Assembly: GCA_050261675.1 (NCBI GenBank)
Contig: JBLNDO010000023.1
Coordinates: 4,908-68,907 of the forward strand
Direction of reading: 5' to 3'
From: Bacillota bacterium
Lineage (GTDB): Bacteria; Pseudomonadota; Gammaproteobacteria; Natronospirales; REEB76
DNA length: 64,000 bases
Within the stretch, counting starts at the first letter, position 1. The number at the start of each line of letters is the position of its first letter. Of the stretch, positions 62,182 through 64,000 are shown one piece after another. A model generated the notes under the pieces. The model did no database searches. It was not told the origin of the DNA and was given only the letters and a program-made list of their open reading frames with translations. The position numbers and the translations under genes are program-made.

Positions 62182-62189
62182 ACGGCACT

Positions 62190-62819
62190 TCAGCGAATCG
62201 GTGCGGGGCGTTCCTTGCCGGGCGGCACGTTGGCGGCCTCGCAGATCTTGTCCCAGAGCGCCCTGGATTCCTCGGAAATCGTGCCGGCTTCCTTCTGTTT
62301 CAGCCGCAGCAAGGGTTGGGCGAATTCCTCCAAAAGCTGCACTCCGTCCGGACGCCCCTTAGGGAAATGGCCCCGAGACGTGAACAGGATGCGGGAGATC
62401 ACATCCGCGTCCGGCACCAGATACTTCACCGCCGCCACCCGGTCATGCATGGGGCGGATGGGATTGTTGAACTGGTAACGGCGGCGGCGCCCCATGGCGG
62501 TCCAGACGTCCATTTTCTCGGAGGCAAACACGGCCCCCTCCACGTCGCGGATGTCCAATACGTAGAGCTTACGGTCGCGCAACATCAGCGCATCCACGGG
62601 CACATAACCCCCGACGCCGTCCGGAATGATCACATCCCGCACAAGCCGGTCGGCGACATTGCGCAGAGTGCGCGTGACGCCGCGCTGGACGGCGGTGATC
62701 CGCAGCCATAGCGCGAGAGACAGTGCCGCGAGGGTCACCAGGGCGGCGGCGGCGGTCAGCGACCAGACGAGCCAGCTGTCATACCAGGCGTGCATGTTTC
62801 CGCTTTTCCCCCATTCCAT
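62190..62819 (-). CDS. Membrane-anchored NERD-like domain protein
   Basis: N-terminal TM (LVWSLTAAAALVTLAALSLALW) then a NERD-like core (LYVLDIRDVEG...FNNPIRPMH). The motif is degenerate, so the call is tentative. Confidence 0.4.
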   Translation of the reverse strand: MEWGKSGNMHAWYDSWLVWSLTAAAALVTLAALSLALWLRITAVQRGVTRTLRNVADRLVRDVIIPDGVGGYVPVDALMLRDRKLYVLDIRDVEGAVFASEKMDVWTAMGRRRRYQFNNPIRPMHDRVAAVKYLVPDADVISRILFTSRGHFPKGRPDGVQLLEEFAQPLLRLKQKEAGTISEESRALWDKICEAANVPPGKERPAPIR

Positions 62820-62867
62820 GCCCCACCGGACCCCTCCGGCGGCGCGTATTGTAGCGGAACAATTCTC

Positions 62868-63173
62868 TCAGAAGGCAATGCGTCCCGTGAGGATGTCGCG
62901 GAACATGACCCAATCCCCCATGAAGCTGTAGACGGGATGGGTGAAGGTGGCGGGACGGTTCTTTTCGAAGAAAAAATGACCCGCCCAGGCGAAGCCGTAG
63001 CCGAACAAGGGCAGCAGGATCAACCCCAGCCAGTTAGCGGTCACGAGGGTCCAGAAGAGCGCGCCCAGCACCAGGGCGCTGCCGATGAAATGCAGGCGCC
63101 GGCACGTCGAATTGCGGTGTTCGCCGAGATAAAAGGGGTAGAAATCCTTGAAGCTCTCAAACTCGCTTGTCAT
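62868..63173 (-). CDS. DUF962 (Mpo1-like) family membrane protein
   Basis: FKDFYPFYLGEHRNSTCRRLHFIG...GHFFFEKNRPATF is characteristic of the family. Confidence 0.7.
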   Translation of the reverse strand: MTSEFESFKDFYPFYLGEHRNSTCRRLHFIGSALVLGALFWTLVTANWLGLILLPLFGYGFAWAGHFFFEKNRPATFTHPVYSFMGDWVMFRDILTGRIAF

Positions 63174-63583
63174 GGCGCGACCGCTCCTAGCGCAGGGTCC
63201 ATCAGCACCACTATACCCCGCGGGTCATGGGCGATGGCAACGCTGACGATGAAGCCGAATGTGCCCAGTGCCGCCAGGAACAGCGCCAACCTCACACCTC
63301 GCCCGGCCTTCGAGCGGAACGCCAGGATGCCGAGCGCGATGTAAAGCGCGACGCACAGGAGTTTCACTCCGAACCATGGCGTGGTCAGGGGATTCAAGCG
63401 CAACAGGGCAGCCAGGCCGATGCCACAGAGGAGCAGCAGCGTGTCCACCACGGGCGGAACCCGGCGCCAGACGGGGTGCCGTAGCGGCTGATTCGACAAC
63501 AGGAGCATCCCGCCGCGCAGCGCGAACAGCCCCAGGCTCAAGGCCGCCAGCGCCACATGGCTGAACTTCAAAGCCGTGTACAT
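63170..63583 (-). CDS. SirB2-family membrane protein
   Basis: Four-TM small protein starting MYTALKFSHVALA. ATGA-type overlap with the DUF962 gene. Confidence 0.55.
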   Translation of the reverse strand: MYTALKFSHVALAALSLGLFALRGGMLLLSNQPLRHPVWRRVPPVVDTLLLLCGIGLAALLRLNPLTTPWFGVKLLCVALYIALGILAFRSKAGRGVRLALFLAALGTFGFIVSVAIAHDPRGIVVLMDPALGAVAP

Positions 63584-63661
63584 CCCTCCCCTCCCGGCCA
63601 TCGGCCGCCGTGTTCCGCAGCTTCAAAGCCTGCGGCATGCCGGCACTTGGCTCAAATCCAA

Positions 63662-63686
63662 TAATAGGACTAAAATAGTCCTATTA
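63662..63686. promoter_or_regulatory. 25-bp perfect palindrome, probable operator of the downstream Rrf2 regulator
   Basis: TAATAGGACTA-AAA-TAGTCCTATTA, ending 19 nt upstream of the Rrf2 start codon. Confidence 0.55.
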
Positions 63687-63705
63687 ATACAAGCGAAGTA
63701 AGCCC

Positions 63706-64000
63706 ATGCTGCGCCTCAGTAAATTGACCGACTACGGTACCGTCGTGCTCTCGGGCATGGCCCGGGAGCCCACGCGGCTGCACACGGCCACCGAGCTTGC
63801 CGCGAGCCTGCACTTGGCCGCCCCCACCGTGAGCAAGCTGCTGAAGCTGTTCGCCAAGGCCGGGCTCGTGACTTCACAACGCGGTGCGCGGGGTGGTTAC
63901 GCCCTGGCGCGCCCGGCGGAAGAGATCAGCGCGGTGCAGATCATCGACGCCATCGAAGGACCGGTAGCCATCACCCAGTGCAGCATGAGCCACAGCCGCT
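63706..64000 (+). CDS. Rrf2-family transcriptional regulator (IscR/SUF-regulator-like), 3' end cut by the window
   Basis: MLRLSKLTDYGTVVLSGMA...APTVSKLLKLFAKAGLVTSQRGARGGYALAR is a typical Rrf2 wHTH. The ORF is open to the window end and is therefore absent from the ORF track. Confidence 0.8.
   Translation, partial: MLRLSKLTDYGTVVLSGMAREPTRLHTATELAASLHLAAPTVSKLLKLFAKAGLVTSQRGARGGYALARPAEEISAVQIIDAIEGPVAITQCSMSHSR

Overview
GC-rich (roughly 65-70% by hand counts) gammaproteobacterial chromosome segment. It is densely packed with housekeeping genes and shows clear E. coli-like synteny: uvrY-uvrC-pgsA-tRNA(Gly,Cys,Leu), and nudJ-mnmA-hflD with purB, icd and rluE nearby. Main blocks: (i) a complete system I cytochrome c maturation operon, ccmABCDE-(cytochrome c)-FGHI, starting 6 nt after a tRNA-Leu gene; (ii) a glyoxylate-shunt/TCA set (aceB-aceA-icd with a divergent LysR regulator, plus fumC and acnA); (iii) a lysine-to-aminoadipate enzyme pair; (iv) envelope modules (PlpD-like patatin autotransporter, NfeD/SPFH, PAP2 plus beta-barrel, an adaptor plus ATPase plus two FtsX permeases, an ABC-2 exporter); (v) a vWA-TM-FHA protein operon. 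About 16 kb (20977 down to 5124) is one uninterrupted minus-strand gene train. I saw no rRNA, CRISPR array, transposase, integrase or phage gene. The only compositionally foreign part is the left edge: two lower-GC envelope genes followed by an ORF-free, AT-rich 0.9-kb spacer. I did not find a clear-cut novel multi-gene system. The best candidates are the vWA-TM-FHA/DUF45-peptidase/periplasmic-protein operon, the PlpD/stand-alone asparaginase N-domain/DinB operon, the tRNA-ccmA junction, the back-to-back apparently leaderless sseA/SDR promoters, and the icd-uvrY linkage. All functional calls come from motifs read by eye and remembered family features; no database search was possible. Many long ORFs in the supplied track are high-GC alternative-frame or antisense artefacts or N-terminal over-extensions, and were trimmed or rejected.
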